Below, in pieces: positions 7,370 to 17,500 of a DNA stretch of 28,253 bases; the stretch's first letter is position 1, and the number at the start of each line of letters is the position of its first letter. The notes below the pieces were generated by a model. It saw only the letters and a list, made by a program, of their open reading frames with translations, was not told where the DNA came from and searched no databases. Origin of the DNA: a virus (taxonomy: Duplodnaviria; Caudoviricetes); IMG/VR virus record IMGVR_UViG_3300021133_000590, positions 1-28,253 of that record; one strand, given 5' to 3'. A program made the position numbers and the translations under genes.

Positions 7370-10300
7370 TTATCTCACTTGTCCGGGTTCAAATTCACCT
7401 TGATCTAAGAAATTACTCCAACGATGAAGTTGTTTAAGAATTGGAAGTATTTTTTTCCAATCTTCTGCGGCTTTACTATTTCCTTTAAAAACACCTCTCT
7501 GATAGTATCTTTCAGTATCTATTTGGAATGGAAACTCTCCTGTAGCTAATAAAGCTTGTGTCAATCCTTTAAGTACAGGAGAAATAGCCATAGGGTCTTT
7601 AGTAAAATCTTCTAATGTAAATATCCCTGCTACCGGATCTAAAGTACCTTGTTCTTTAGCAATAGCACTTGATGTCCATGATAGCATGTTTAAAAACTTC
7701 TTTCTGTTTGGATCCTGTGTTCCTGACACTCCTTTTGCTGCTTGTTTAATTAGGTAGGAGAGTAAGAAAAATGATCCTACCATTAAAAGTTCTGCAGCAT
7801 CCGTTTTTAAGTTTTTTTGTTGGTGTTCTGATAAACTCTTCCAACCGTTTTTTAATTTATCATACCAATGCCCTTCAAATTCCTTTAACATTTTACAATA
7901 AGATACAACAGATGTCCACGTACCTTCTATTTCTCCTAAAGTAGTATGTGTATACGCTTTATCAAACCTATCATTCCACGCTGTTTTAAAATAATTATGA
8001 AACTGAGATACCATTCTACCTAACAGGTAATTTTTTATAAGAGGTTTGTTTAACTCATCAAAGTTACCTTGTGTTCTTGTTTGTATATCTTTAGCTGTTA
8101 TTATTATATTTTTTTGTTGTTCTAAGGTTTCTTTAGCATCTGGGATTAATTCACATACCCCTGTATTAGGATTCCATTGGTATGCATCATACATAGAGAT
8201 GGAGTTACCATTTTTGTCTTTTATAGGATTATCGTTTTTATCCAATAGCACCTGATCTCTCATATACGCACTTTGCATAGTATATTGAGCCCAATGGATT
8301 GCAAACTCTTCTCCCATATAGAATCTACTTAACCATTTTTGAGATGCTTTACCTTGTGCTTTTAATTGAGCATCAACATCCAAACCAAAATGATGCATCA
8401 TCCATTCCATTTTACTTTTAGCTTTAAATGGACCACTTTTTTTATCAAAGAGTTTTGTTTGCATCCCCGGTAAAAAATCTTTAAAAAACTCTGCTTGTGC
8501 TGCAGTATAATTTCTCCTTGTTACAAATCTTTCTGCTATATTTTGCCTAAAGTTAGATGCTTGATACAAAACAGCATTTTTAAAGTGTCCCAAATAGTTA
8601 AAACCCATAGCACCAAAAGAGGTGATGTTCATTATTCTATCGGCTATAACATCTATAGTACCTTTAGAATAAACGTCTCCATAAAACATTTTTACATAAT
8701 CTTCAACCTTTTTAAGAGCATTAGTTTCATTTAATCTTTTAAACACTAACTGATCATCTGATCCCCCCCTTTTAAATACTTGACCAACATTACCTTTACT
8801 ATAAAATTGTTTTACTTCTCCGGATTCATTTGTTATTTTCTGCCTAAGTATATCTCTTATAGCTAATACCTTTCCTTCTATTTGAGATAATTGATGGTAT
8901 TTTTCTACACCTATACCAAAAGCTGTTAATAGCTTTATAGGATTGACTTCAAGATCTTTAGCATCATTTTTATGGTTTTCTACTTTAAGTTTATTTTCTA
9001 AATTACTTTTTTCTTTATAATAGTCTTGTAAAGATATTGCACCGGATTTTTTATTAGTCTCCAGATCTCTAAGTTCATTTTCTATGTCTTTAATTTTTTG
9101 AATGTTTCTTACATTAGCCATAAAAGGCACAGAAAGTTTTTGTGTAGGTATACCAAAAACATCGGTGTACTTTTCTATACCATCTGGTATAGCTGTAAAC
9201 CATTCAGATAAGTTATGTCCTAACTGATCCAATACACCTTCTTTAGCAGCAGTTTTAAAAAACTTTTGGGGTAAGTTAATTAAACCTCCTTTATTAAACC
9301 AATCTTCACACTCAGGGCCTCCTTTTTTTACTAAATCCTGCATATGACCCATAAAAGAGTTATAAAATTTAAGTTTAGCTTTTCCCGCAGTACTATTATC
9401 ATTTAGAAGTTTTTCATACTCCTTACTCTTCATACTTTCAACATCTTCAATCTCTTGAGTTGTTTTATTTAAAACTTTTCTATTTTCGTTTATTTTGATA
9501 TATTTTTTATTTGGAAAGAAACCACCTCTTCTTATAACTTTTCCTGTAGGAACAAATTTTTTTAAAGTGGAGTCATATTTTTTCTGCATTTCCCAATACT
9601 TAGAGAATGTCTGATACTTATCTCTAAAATTTTGAGCTTTTTCTGCCCAAAATATATTCCATCTATCTAACTCAGATTTATTGGTTAAATTCTTTTCATT
9701 ACCTCTTTCCCATTCTTTAAACTCAGTTTCAGCAGATTTTAATTTTCCTTTTCTTTCAACCCATTCCCCTTTTACAAACTTTAAAGCTGCTGCTCTTTCA
9801 TTTATATATTCTTCAGATAAAGAATGATATTCACCATTTTCATGTATAGTTGGAAGTGTATTACCCTCTTCATCTAAACCTCCTCCTATTAATGTTTCAG
9901 GATTATAAAAAGCCCTTTGTTGTTTTTTTAACTCATATAAACGGTTATTAAATTCTGTTTGTGAAACCTCTTCCGTACTACCGTCTTTATTATACCAAGT
10001 TGTTTTTATATCACTCTTAGCATCTGGTATATACTGCAGTCTAACATGTTCAATAACTCCTTTATCATTTACTTTGTCTACATAAGTTAAATCATCTACA
10101 GAATCTTTTAACTTATAATATTGATCTCCTATCTTATTTAAAAACCTCTCTCTTGTACCATCTGTAGCTGTTTGAAAAAGAAAATCTGTAGCTTCTTTAT
10201 CTGAGAGTTTTAATCCTGTTTCTTTTTCAAATGCCTCTCCTAAAATAGCAAAGTCATCAGATAGTTTATTTGCTCCTAAAGTAGCTTCTATGCGAGCCTT

Positions 10301-12370
10301 TTCAACTGTTAAAGAAAGTTGTCCTAAAATAGGAACGGCCATTTCCCTAATAGCATCTCCCATAAGAGAGGTTACAGTAATATCATCTTCAGGTTTCCAG
10401 AGAATATCTTTTATCTGTTGTTCAACGGTTTTTATAACATTACCGCTTTTATCTTTAATATCTTTTAAATTCCATTCTTTTGCTACATGTTGTTCAACAT
10501 ACTTCATAGCATAAAGCGTATAATTTTTTTCAAGGTTTTTTATACTATTTATAAGAGCATTATAAACACCTTGTTGGTTCGGACTTAATATATCTCTTAG
10601 TGTATTAGGAAGAGTTTGTAAATTAGCTTCTGCTAACTTTATGGTTTCTTGTAGAATTTGGTAGTAGTTATTATCTTTAAAATTACTCTCACTCTTTATG
10701 TAATCCTCATACCTGTTACTGAATTTTTGTATAACATGGATATATTTCATAATAGCCTCAATCTTTTTATTTTCATCCTGAAGCTCTAACATTTGTGCTC
10801 TTAATTCTTTAAATCCTACAGCCATATTTGCTGTTAGTTCCGGTAAATTTCTTGGATCATCAATTCTATCCAATAACTCTAACATAGGTTTTAAAATTTC
10901 ATCTGCTGTAACATCTCTTGCTTTTATTTTATTTATATAGTTATCATAGTTTTCTTGAGACATAGAACCATTTAATAAAGCATCCTGCAACTGTTCTGGT
11001 GTAGGTTCATCAAAGATATTGAACTGAGGTCCTGGAGGAACCATGGCTCCTTGTGATAATAGTGTCCAACCTAATTGATCAAATTTTTTAGGTATAGAAC
11101 CTGCATCAATAACATTTGTTATTTCATCGGGATCATTGGGATTTTCTTTCCAAATAATTCCATGAATAACCAAAGGATCTGGTCCTATAGCTATTTTAGG
11201 GTGATTGATTTGGATCATAGCTTGTTCATTGGTTAATTGAAGTGTGTGGGTTTCATTTTTAGTTAAAGCAGTGTCTGCAGGAAGCCATGATCCTGGTCCA
11301 ACTCCATAAGATTTTTGATCTGCCTTAAAAGAATTTTTAGCGGTTTTTAAGTCTATTATATACTTTATAGAACCATTAGGGGCAAATACAATTAAATCCG
11401 CAGATGCTGCTAAATATCTTTGAGCTCCCGGTAATTCTAAAGGTATGATAGTTTGTACTGCTCCTATATCTTTAGTTCCATCTTCATATGTTTCTACATA
11501 TGTATTGTATACATTTTGCAGAATTTCATATACATCTTTTTTAACTCCTGGTGAAAATATTTTTGAGGTATCTATTTCTTTATCAATTCTTTCCCATTCA
11601 TAACCTGCTGCTATTGCTTGGAATATTTTATCAGCAGCTTTACCCCTTTCTCTTGCAATCTCTCCTCCGGGTAAATCCCCTTTATTACCTCCTATAGCAG
11701 TTGTATTGGATGTATATTTAATAGTATTTTCCTCATCTATATCTGCTCTCCTATACTCATGTTTTCCATCAGTTTCATCTAAGATCATTTGTTCATGAGG
11801 TTTCCTATGAATTTCTACATAGCTATTATACTGAGCCTTAGTATAAATACCTGCCTTATAACCCTCTTCAATTTGGTCATCTATTTCTTGCATTAAAGGA
11901 GACATCTGCAGAAAATACATACCATTCTTTTCAGCCTCTAAAATCTTAGCTTTGTTTAGTTTAGAAACATCTCCTTTTAAAATATTTTTTGCAGCTACAT
12001 CATAGGGATTTTCTCCTTTTATAATAGCAGCAGTTTGTTGATTCCTTAAATTATCTGGTGCTATTATGAGAGGTATTTGTTTATTTTCATAATATTTAGC
12101 ATCTTCCTCAATCTCCTTAATACCCTTATCTGTTAATGGAGTATCTTTAGTTCTGAACCTTGGTCCATCATTAGTTAATTTATTAAAATCACTAATAGAA
12201 GGTTCTTTTCCTTGAGTTATCCAATCTCCATATTCTTTTATAAACTCTTTAGTAAAAATAGTAGAATATTGAATATCTGCTTCATAATCAGAGTTAGTAA
12301 GAGAACGAATAGCACTCCATAACTCTGATTTAATATCTCTCCCTCCTAATGTAATATGTTTGCAACTCAT
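7370..12370 (-). CDS. Large virion cargo/ejection protein (1,666 aa) with PD-(D/E)XK nuclease domain and C-terminal membrane-type helix
   Basis: N-terminal MSC...SELW...FIKEYGDW...GKEP motif of crAss-like cargo proteins. Nuclease motifs ERGKAADKIF, SADLIVF..NG...IIDLKT and HTLQL. C-terminal region has QGNFD...LGRMVSQFHNYF..AWNDRF and the hydrophobic LLMVGSFFLLSYLI. Confidence 0.8.
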   Translation of the reverse strand: MSCKHITLGGRDIKSELWSAIRSLTNSDYEADIQYSTIFTKEFIKEYGDWITQGKEPSISDFNKLTNDGPRFRTKDTPLTDKGIKEIEEDAKYYENKQIPLIIAPDNLRNQQTAAIIKGENPYDVAAKNILKGDVSKLNKAKILEAEKNGMYFLQMSPLMQEIDDQIEEGYKAGIYTKAQYNSYVEIHRKPHEQMILDETDGKHEYRRADIDEENTIKYTSNTTAIGGNKGDLPGGEIARERGKAADKIFQAIAAGYEWERIDKEIDTSKIFSPGVKKDVYEILQNVYNTYVETYEDGTKDIGAVQTIIPLELPGAQRYLAASADLIVFAPNGSIKYIIDLKTAKNSFKADQKSYGVGPGSWLPADTALTKNETHTLQLTNEQAMIQINHPKIAIGPDPLVIHGIIWKENPNDPDEITNVIDAGSIPKKFDQLGWTLLSQGAMVPPGPQFNIFDEPTPEQLQDALLNGSMSQENYDNYINKIKARDVTADEILKPMLELLDRIDDPRNLPELTANMAVGFKELRAQMLELQDENKKIEAIMKYIHVIQKFSNRYEDYIKSESNFKDNNYYQILQETIKLAEANLQTLPNTLRDILSPNQQGVYNALINSIKNLEKNYTLYAMKYVEQHVAKEWNLKDIKDKSGNVIKTVEQQIKDILWKPEDDITVTSLMGDAIREMAVPILGQLSLTVEKARIEATLGANKLSDDFAILGEAFEKETGLKLSDKEATDFLFQTATDGTRERFLNKIGDQYYKLKDSVDDLTYVDKVNDKGVIEHVRLQYIPDAKSDIKTTWYNKDGSTEEVSQTEFNNRLYELKKQQRAFYNPETLIGGGLDEEGNTLPTIHENGEYHSLSEEYINERAAALKFVKGEWVERKGKLKSAETEFKEWERGNEKNLTNKSELDRWNIFWAEKAQNFRDKYQTFSKYWEMQKKYDSTLKKFVPTGKVIRRGGFFPNKKYIKINENRKVLNKTTQEIEDVESMKSKEYEKLLNDNSTAGKAKLKFYNSFMGHMQDLVKKGGPECEDWFNKGGLINLPQKFFKTAAKEGVLDQLGHNLSEWFTAIPDGIEKYTDVFGIPTQKLSVPFMANVRNIQKIKDIENELRDLETNKKSGAISLQDYYKEKSNLENKLKVENHKNDAKDLEVNPIKLLTAFGIGVEKYHQLSQIEGKVLAIRDILRQKITNESGEVKQFYSKGNVGQVFKRGGSDDQLVFKRLNETNALKKVEDYVKMFYGDVYSKGTIDVIADRIMNITSFGAMGFNYLGHFKNAVLYQASNFRQNIAERFVTRRNYTAAQAEFFKDFLPGMQTKLFDKKSGPFKAKSKMEWMMHHFGLDVDAQLKAQGKASQKWLSRFYMGEEFAIHWAQYTMQSAYMRDQVLLDKNDNPIKDKNGNSISMYDAYQWNPNTGVCELIPDAKETLEQQKNIIITAKDIQTRTQGNFDELNKPLIKNYLLGRMVSQFHNYFKTAWNDRFDKAYTHTTLGEIEGTWTSVVSYCKMLKEFEGHWYDKLKNGWKSLSEHQQKNLKTDAAELLMVGSFFLLSYLIKQAAKGVSGTQDPNRKKFLNMLSWTSSAIAKEQGTLDPVAGIFTLEDFTKDPMAISPVLKGLTQALLATGEFPFQIDTERYYQRGVFKGNSKAAEDWKKILPILKQLHRWSNFLDQGEFEPGQVR

Positions 12371-13341
12371 AGTTTATTATTTTTATTAATTACTCTCATA
12401 GCTCTTTTCTGATCTACGCCAAATTCTCTACCGACTGCTCTATAGTTATTCAATTCACTATATCTAATCCTCATCTGCTCTTCTTGCTCTTTAGTTAGTT
12501 TAATATCTACTCTCTTATATAACTTACTATCATCTAAATATTTATCAGTTAAATATGTCCAACATTTTCTTCTCTTTATCTGAGCTATCCACTTTCTATT
12601 AACTCCTACCAATTTCTGTATATCCACTTCTTTCTTTCCTTCATTCAAATATTTTATAATATCTAATACTATTGTCTCAGTTAATATAGCTTTTGAATTC
12701 TTTTCTCCTATTTTTTCTTTTCCCTTTTCTGATAATAATCTTCTTCTTTCTACACTTCCTGGTTTATCTAATGCTCTATAAAAAGCATCTGACATATTCT
12801 TTATAGTCTCTGCAGTAGGAATCCATCCCTTTTTACCTTCTGATATTCTTTTACATGTTTCTGAAGTAATTACTCTGTTTTTTACATTATCAGATCTTCT
12901 TTTTCTCTGCTCATTAGTAAGATTAAGAGATTTCCCTTTTCTTGCCTCAGATTGTTTCTTGCGAGTCTCATCACTAACTATTCTTTTTACTCTCTCTTTT
13001 TTAAACTCATGTGGTGTATTTTCCCACTTTAACCCTTGTATTCCCTTTCCTCCTCTTGTTAAGTTTAAACCGTATTCTGGATTATCTCCATAAAAAGACT
13101 GAAAAAGATTTATATAATATATCTCAAGATTATGTATATCTTCTCGTGTACATTCTAACTCTTGTATAACCTCAAAAGTATGTGTGTCCCATCCATATTT
13201 CTTTATTGAATTATATATTCTTCTTTGTTGTTTACATAATGCTGCTTTATATCTTTTTTCTCTTGTTTTTATATTTTGTGTTTGCCCTATATAAAAAGCT
13301 TCTTTTGGATTAGTTATTTTGTATATAAAGTACTTTTTCAT
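12367..13341 (-). CDS. Free-standing GIY-YIG homing endonuclease with NUMOD3-like repeats and C-terminal HTH domains
   Basis: FIYKITN...FYIGQT.N...R...Y, IYNSIKKYGW..F, LEIYYI and GLNLTRGG. NUMOD3-like repeats SDETRKKQSEARKGK and TSETCKRISEGKKG. GEKNSKAILT...HTH...W, plus a second HTH. The likely start is ATG 13341. Confidence 0.92.
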   Translation of the reverse strand: MKKYFIYKITNPKEAFYIGQTQNIKTREKRYKAALCKQQRRIYNSIKKYGWDTHTFEVIQELECTREDIHNLEIYYINLFQSFYGDNPEYGLNLTRGGKGIQGLKWENTPHEFKKERVKRIVSDETRKKQSEARKGKSLNLTNEQRKRRSDNVKNRVITSETCKRISEGKKGWIPTAETIKNMSDAFYRALDKPGSVERRRLLSEKGKEKIGEKNSKAILTETIVLDIIKYLNEGKKEVDIQKLVGVNRKWIAQIKRRKCWTYLTDKYLDDSKLYKRVDIKLTKEQEEQMRIRYSELNNYRAVGREFGVDQKRAMRVINKNNKL

Positions 13342-13346
13342 ATTAT

Positions 13347-14507
13347 TTAACAAGGACCTTCTCTAAAGTTAAGTTGTCTCATTAATTGTTCAGACTCTTT
13401 GCTTATTTCCTTTATTTGCAAAGATACAGCTTTTTTTGAATTATTCGAATTATCTACTGTTTCTCCATGACGCATACCATAAATTTTTCTACCGTCATGA
13501 GTTAAAAATTCATAGCGTTCTCCTGGATTAGTTTCTTCTTTTAAAAAGTGTTCCATGTCTATGGAATTATCATCAGGTGAACCTGCTTTTAGCCACGAAT
13601 CTATGAGTTTTAAGACTGTAGAGTTGCTTATCATCAATGTATGGTCCGGTACAGTATTCACTATGTTTTTAAAGTTGTTAAGAATGCGATTCTTAAACCC
13701 ATTAAAAGACTCACCGTTAGCTATAGGATCATTAGGATGATTCCTAATCATGTCTTCTACATATGCCTGAGATTCAGGAGTCTCTTTAGTTCCCTCTAAA
13801 TCTCCTAAATCCATGGTATGCATATTTTCATGGATTTCTAATTCTCTTGCATTTTGTGTTTTATTTTTGAAAGTTTCTATAACTCCCTTTATCCACTTCC
13901 ATAAACCATCCCAGAATTTTTGCCAAACAGTTTTTTCTTTTTGAGAATCCCATTGATTTATAATAGATTTAGCAATCATTTTACCTATAGCCTCATCCAT
14001 TATTTTTTGTTCATTAACTATACCATCCTCATTTTGGTATAATGGACTGTCTTTATATTCTTGATAAACATCATTGAATATAGGTCTATTAACTATATCC
14101 TGTCTCATTTGAGCTAATAAGGGGGAGTTTTCCGGTAAATAAGCTACAAATAAGTGCCCTACCTCTTCCGGTAATGTATCTTTACCTGCTCTACCTTCTA
14201 CTACAGATATAACACGGTTAATAATATCAGTAACTGCTACTGCATCATATACTTTATTATTGATAACTATTTGATCTGTATTTTTAATTTCTCCTTGAAG
14301 AGCGTTTATAAATTTAGAAAGTTGTTGGTTTAGTTGTTTATCTGCAGGAGTATTTATTTTATTAGATAAAAGAGCTTTAGCTTCTTCAACAGAAGGAACC
14401 TCATACCCATTTTTAGCAAATAAAATTCTTGCCATTGTATCTCCATATTCTTTTTCAAGAGTTTTCCATTGAGGAGTATTAGTTAAAGGACATGCTATAC
14501 CAGCCAT
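13347..14507 (-). CDS. Virion cargo protein (386 aa): zincin-like EExxH domain plus partial, permuted histidine-phosphatase domain
   Basis: MAGIACP...QWKTL...YG..A N-terminus. TLPEEVGHLFV...DEAIGK zincin-like pattern. DLGDLEG, GESF..FKNRI, LMISNSTVLKLI and IYGMRHGETVDN are histidine-phosphatase motifs in non-canonical order. Confidence 0.8.
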   Translation of the reverse strand: MAGIACPLTNTPQWKTLEKEYGDTMARILFAKNGYEVPSVEEAKALLSNKINTPADKQLNQQLSKFINALQGEIKNTDQIVINNKVYDAVAVTDIINRVISVVEGRAGKDTLPEEVGHLFVAYLPENSPLLAQMRQDIVNRPIFNDVYQEYKDSPLYQNEDGIVNEQKIMDEAIGKMIAKSIINQWDSQKEKTVWQKFWDGLWKWIKGVIETFKNKTQNARELEIHENMHTMDLGDLEGTKETPESQAYVEDMIRNHPNDPIANGESFNGFKNRILNNFKNIVNTVPDHTLMISNSTVLKLIDSWLKAGSPDDNSIDMEHFLKEETNPGERYEFLTHDGRKIYGMRHGETVDNSNNSKKAVSLQIKEISKESEQLMRQLNFREGPC

Positions 14508-14516
14508 ATAATTATT

Positions 14517-17500
14517 TTATAAACAGTTAATGATACTTTTTAAACTTTCTTGTTGTTCTTTTTTAGAATTCCAATTCATTTCTAATACTCCTTTAGTCAC
14601 ATCATTTATCTTATCTCTATATTGAACTGAATTTCTTGTTTTATCTTTTCTGTTTTTGAAAAGATTATTAAGTTCATCACTGGTATAAACACTATCTAAT
14701 AATGCTTGAGAACGTTCTTTTATATTTTTTCCTTGAGTAATTGTAGCAATAGGTTTTTCTCCTGTATTATCAATTCCTATTTCTTTTAATCTTTCATTAA
14801 GATAGTTCCATATTTTTGGAGCAGCATTTTTCATATCAGAAATTTGTCCTTTTCCAAAAGGCATTTGTCCTGCAAACTTTAATCCATCATATTTACTCGA
14901 TGACAATTTATCTTTAATATCTACTATTTCACTATCAATTATTTTTTTATACTCATTGAATTTAGAATCATTCCATTGTGTTCTTTTATCATCTACCATA
15001 GTTGTTATAGGCATAGCATTATCTAATCCTCTAATGACTGCTTGTGTCATAGTTGGATAATTACCTTGTCCATACTTTTTAGTATATTCCCCATCTTCTA
15101 TTTTATTAGATCCTGATGTTCTTTTTGCATTATCAGTAAATAGATATAAATGCTTACTATCATTTTTTACAGATTGTCTTGAAAAGTTTTCAGTTAAAGG
15201 TATAACTTGTTTATTTCCTTGAGTAGTTGTAGGTTGCGAAGGTACAACTTCTTTTGCTTTTATTATATTATCTAATTTAGCTAAGTCTCCTAAAAGTTGT
15301 GTTGGTAATAACTGAACGTTTCTGCTGGATGCATCAGTAACTGAAGTAATAACCCCGTTTTCTATATTTGGAGTATAAAGTTCTCCTTTTGTACCTACTA
15401 ACTTACCTTCTGGAGTAACTATTTTTTCAACAGATGCTGTTTTATCATCCCCAAGTTTAATAGAAATTATTTTTTTTGTATACCCTTTATTTTTCATATT
15501 TTCTCTGGAAGCGTCTTTAACCACACTTTTATCAAGTCTGTTTTTATACTTCTGTTCCATTTCAGAAAGCTTATATACAGGTACAGGACCTATAGCAGAT
15601 GCTGCAGGGAATTGGTTTTTAGAACCTGTCCATTCAGTTTCTACATATTTAGCCTTTAACCCGGTAGGAACAAATTCTCCTTTAGCCAAAAAAGAATCAG
15701 TTAAAACAGGTTTCCATTTTCCTTCTTCCTCATTTTTTTGATAAACTTCTTTTAAAGTATATAATCTATTACCTTGTTGAAAAGCCATTGGAAAAGATAA
15801 AGAACCATCATTCATTGTAAATCCAGCTTCAGAAAGCTTTTCTTTATTATCTTTTAACTTCTGTTTTTCTACTTCTGAAAATCCTCCTATTTTTTTATCT
15901 GTAGTGTTATTATTATTAGCTCTTATGTCTCCAAAAGCATTTACAACTATTGAGTTCCCCTCACCCTGTAATTTTTGCTTAACTATGAGCTTCCTTGTAG
16001 AATCACTATATGGGACATTTAGGATAAGTTTTTTATTGGCAATGTGTGTTGTGTATCCTTTTAAAAATTCAGTTAAAAGAGATTGCTCATTCACTCCTTT
16101 ACCAAATAAACTTTCATAAGAACTATTACTTTTCATTGCTTCATTTGTAGTTCCTATTTTATTCATTATATCTTTAAAGATGAAAGGGGGAAGCATTTTT
16201 ATGAATGACCCATTCTTAAATTGTCCACCATCTTTTACAAGAAGATAGTTAAACATATCATTTGCAAGATCATGTGTGTATACTCCATATCTCTTATAAG
16301 CATCTTGGTATAAATCTACAAAAGATGCTATTAACTTATTTTGTTGTATATCAGATAATTTAGCCCATGTATTAGCCTCTACAACATGAAGGTATCCTGT
16401 TTTATCACTAGGTTCTGATGTAACTAAATAGTATTCAAGAAGGTAATTGGTGACTCCTTTTTTTGTAGCATTTTTTAAAGCATCTTTTACTTTTTGAATT
16501 TTATTCACAATGTTATCATCACTTTCTCCATAAATGAGATTCTGATTTAAAGAATTGTTTTGTTGATATAAAGGATTACCTGGGGTCTCCAATGCGTTCT
16601 TTAAAGCTCTTATAGACAAGTAGGATATAAGATCATACTTGAGATCCCTTTTAAACTTAGGGAGCTCTATAGGGGATACAGGAGGAACAAGACTTTTCAT
16701 AGCTCCATCAGTCATGTTTTTAAAGAGTTCAGTTCTTTCTATAAACATAGATGGCATACAGGAGTCTATTTGTTTTACAGCATTTAATATATCAGCCATA
16801 AAACTATGGTTCTTTGTAAGAGCATCCCTTATATCTATACAGGTAGGAAGTTTTTCAAATTCTTTACCCTCTATTTTCTCTATCTTACCATTTTCTATTT
16901 TAATCCCTAAATCCTTTAAGTCTGATAGTATGGTATCAAAATCCTCCATGGTCCCCTTAATACCCTGGTTTAATCTTAAAACTTTTGCTACTTTAAAATA
17001 AGTTTCTGATTGTTTTTCCATTTTTTGAATATCCTGAAGAATAGCAAGTTCTTTAGATTCATCAATACCATCTTCTTTTATATTGTCTATCAAATCCTGG
17101 GTTGTCAATTCTTTAGCTATTACCTTTGCATCTGTTAACTCTTTTATTCTACTTTTTAAATAAGTAGTAGCAGACAATGACTCTCCTTCTGTTGACAATA
17201 TACCACTTGTTTTTAATTTGGTATATTGTAACATAGATGGTTGAATCATATACAAGTAAGCGGTTTTCTCCGGCATACCTGTAGCTAATAAATAAGCAGC
17301 AAACCCTGTAGCAGTTTTACCTAAGTTTAATTTATTAGCATTCCTTTCTTTAGCATTATCTGTCATCGTATTGGTTAAACATGCAAGAGCTGCAAAAATC
17401 CGGGTCTTAGGATCATTCTTATAACTTTGAGTTTCTTTATCCCAAGCATAAACATTATTGAAAGAATTGAAAGAGTGTCCATCAATAGTAATAGCACTGT

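Noticed and set aside
12100-13500. Group I intron joining RHGETVDN to FRTKDTPLT
   Set aside because: Both flanks continue as ordinary coding sequence with their own stop and start. The 1,666 aa protein has a typical cargo N-terminus, and I see no non-coding space or recognisable intron core. Not formally excluded without a covariance search or RT-PCR.
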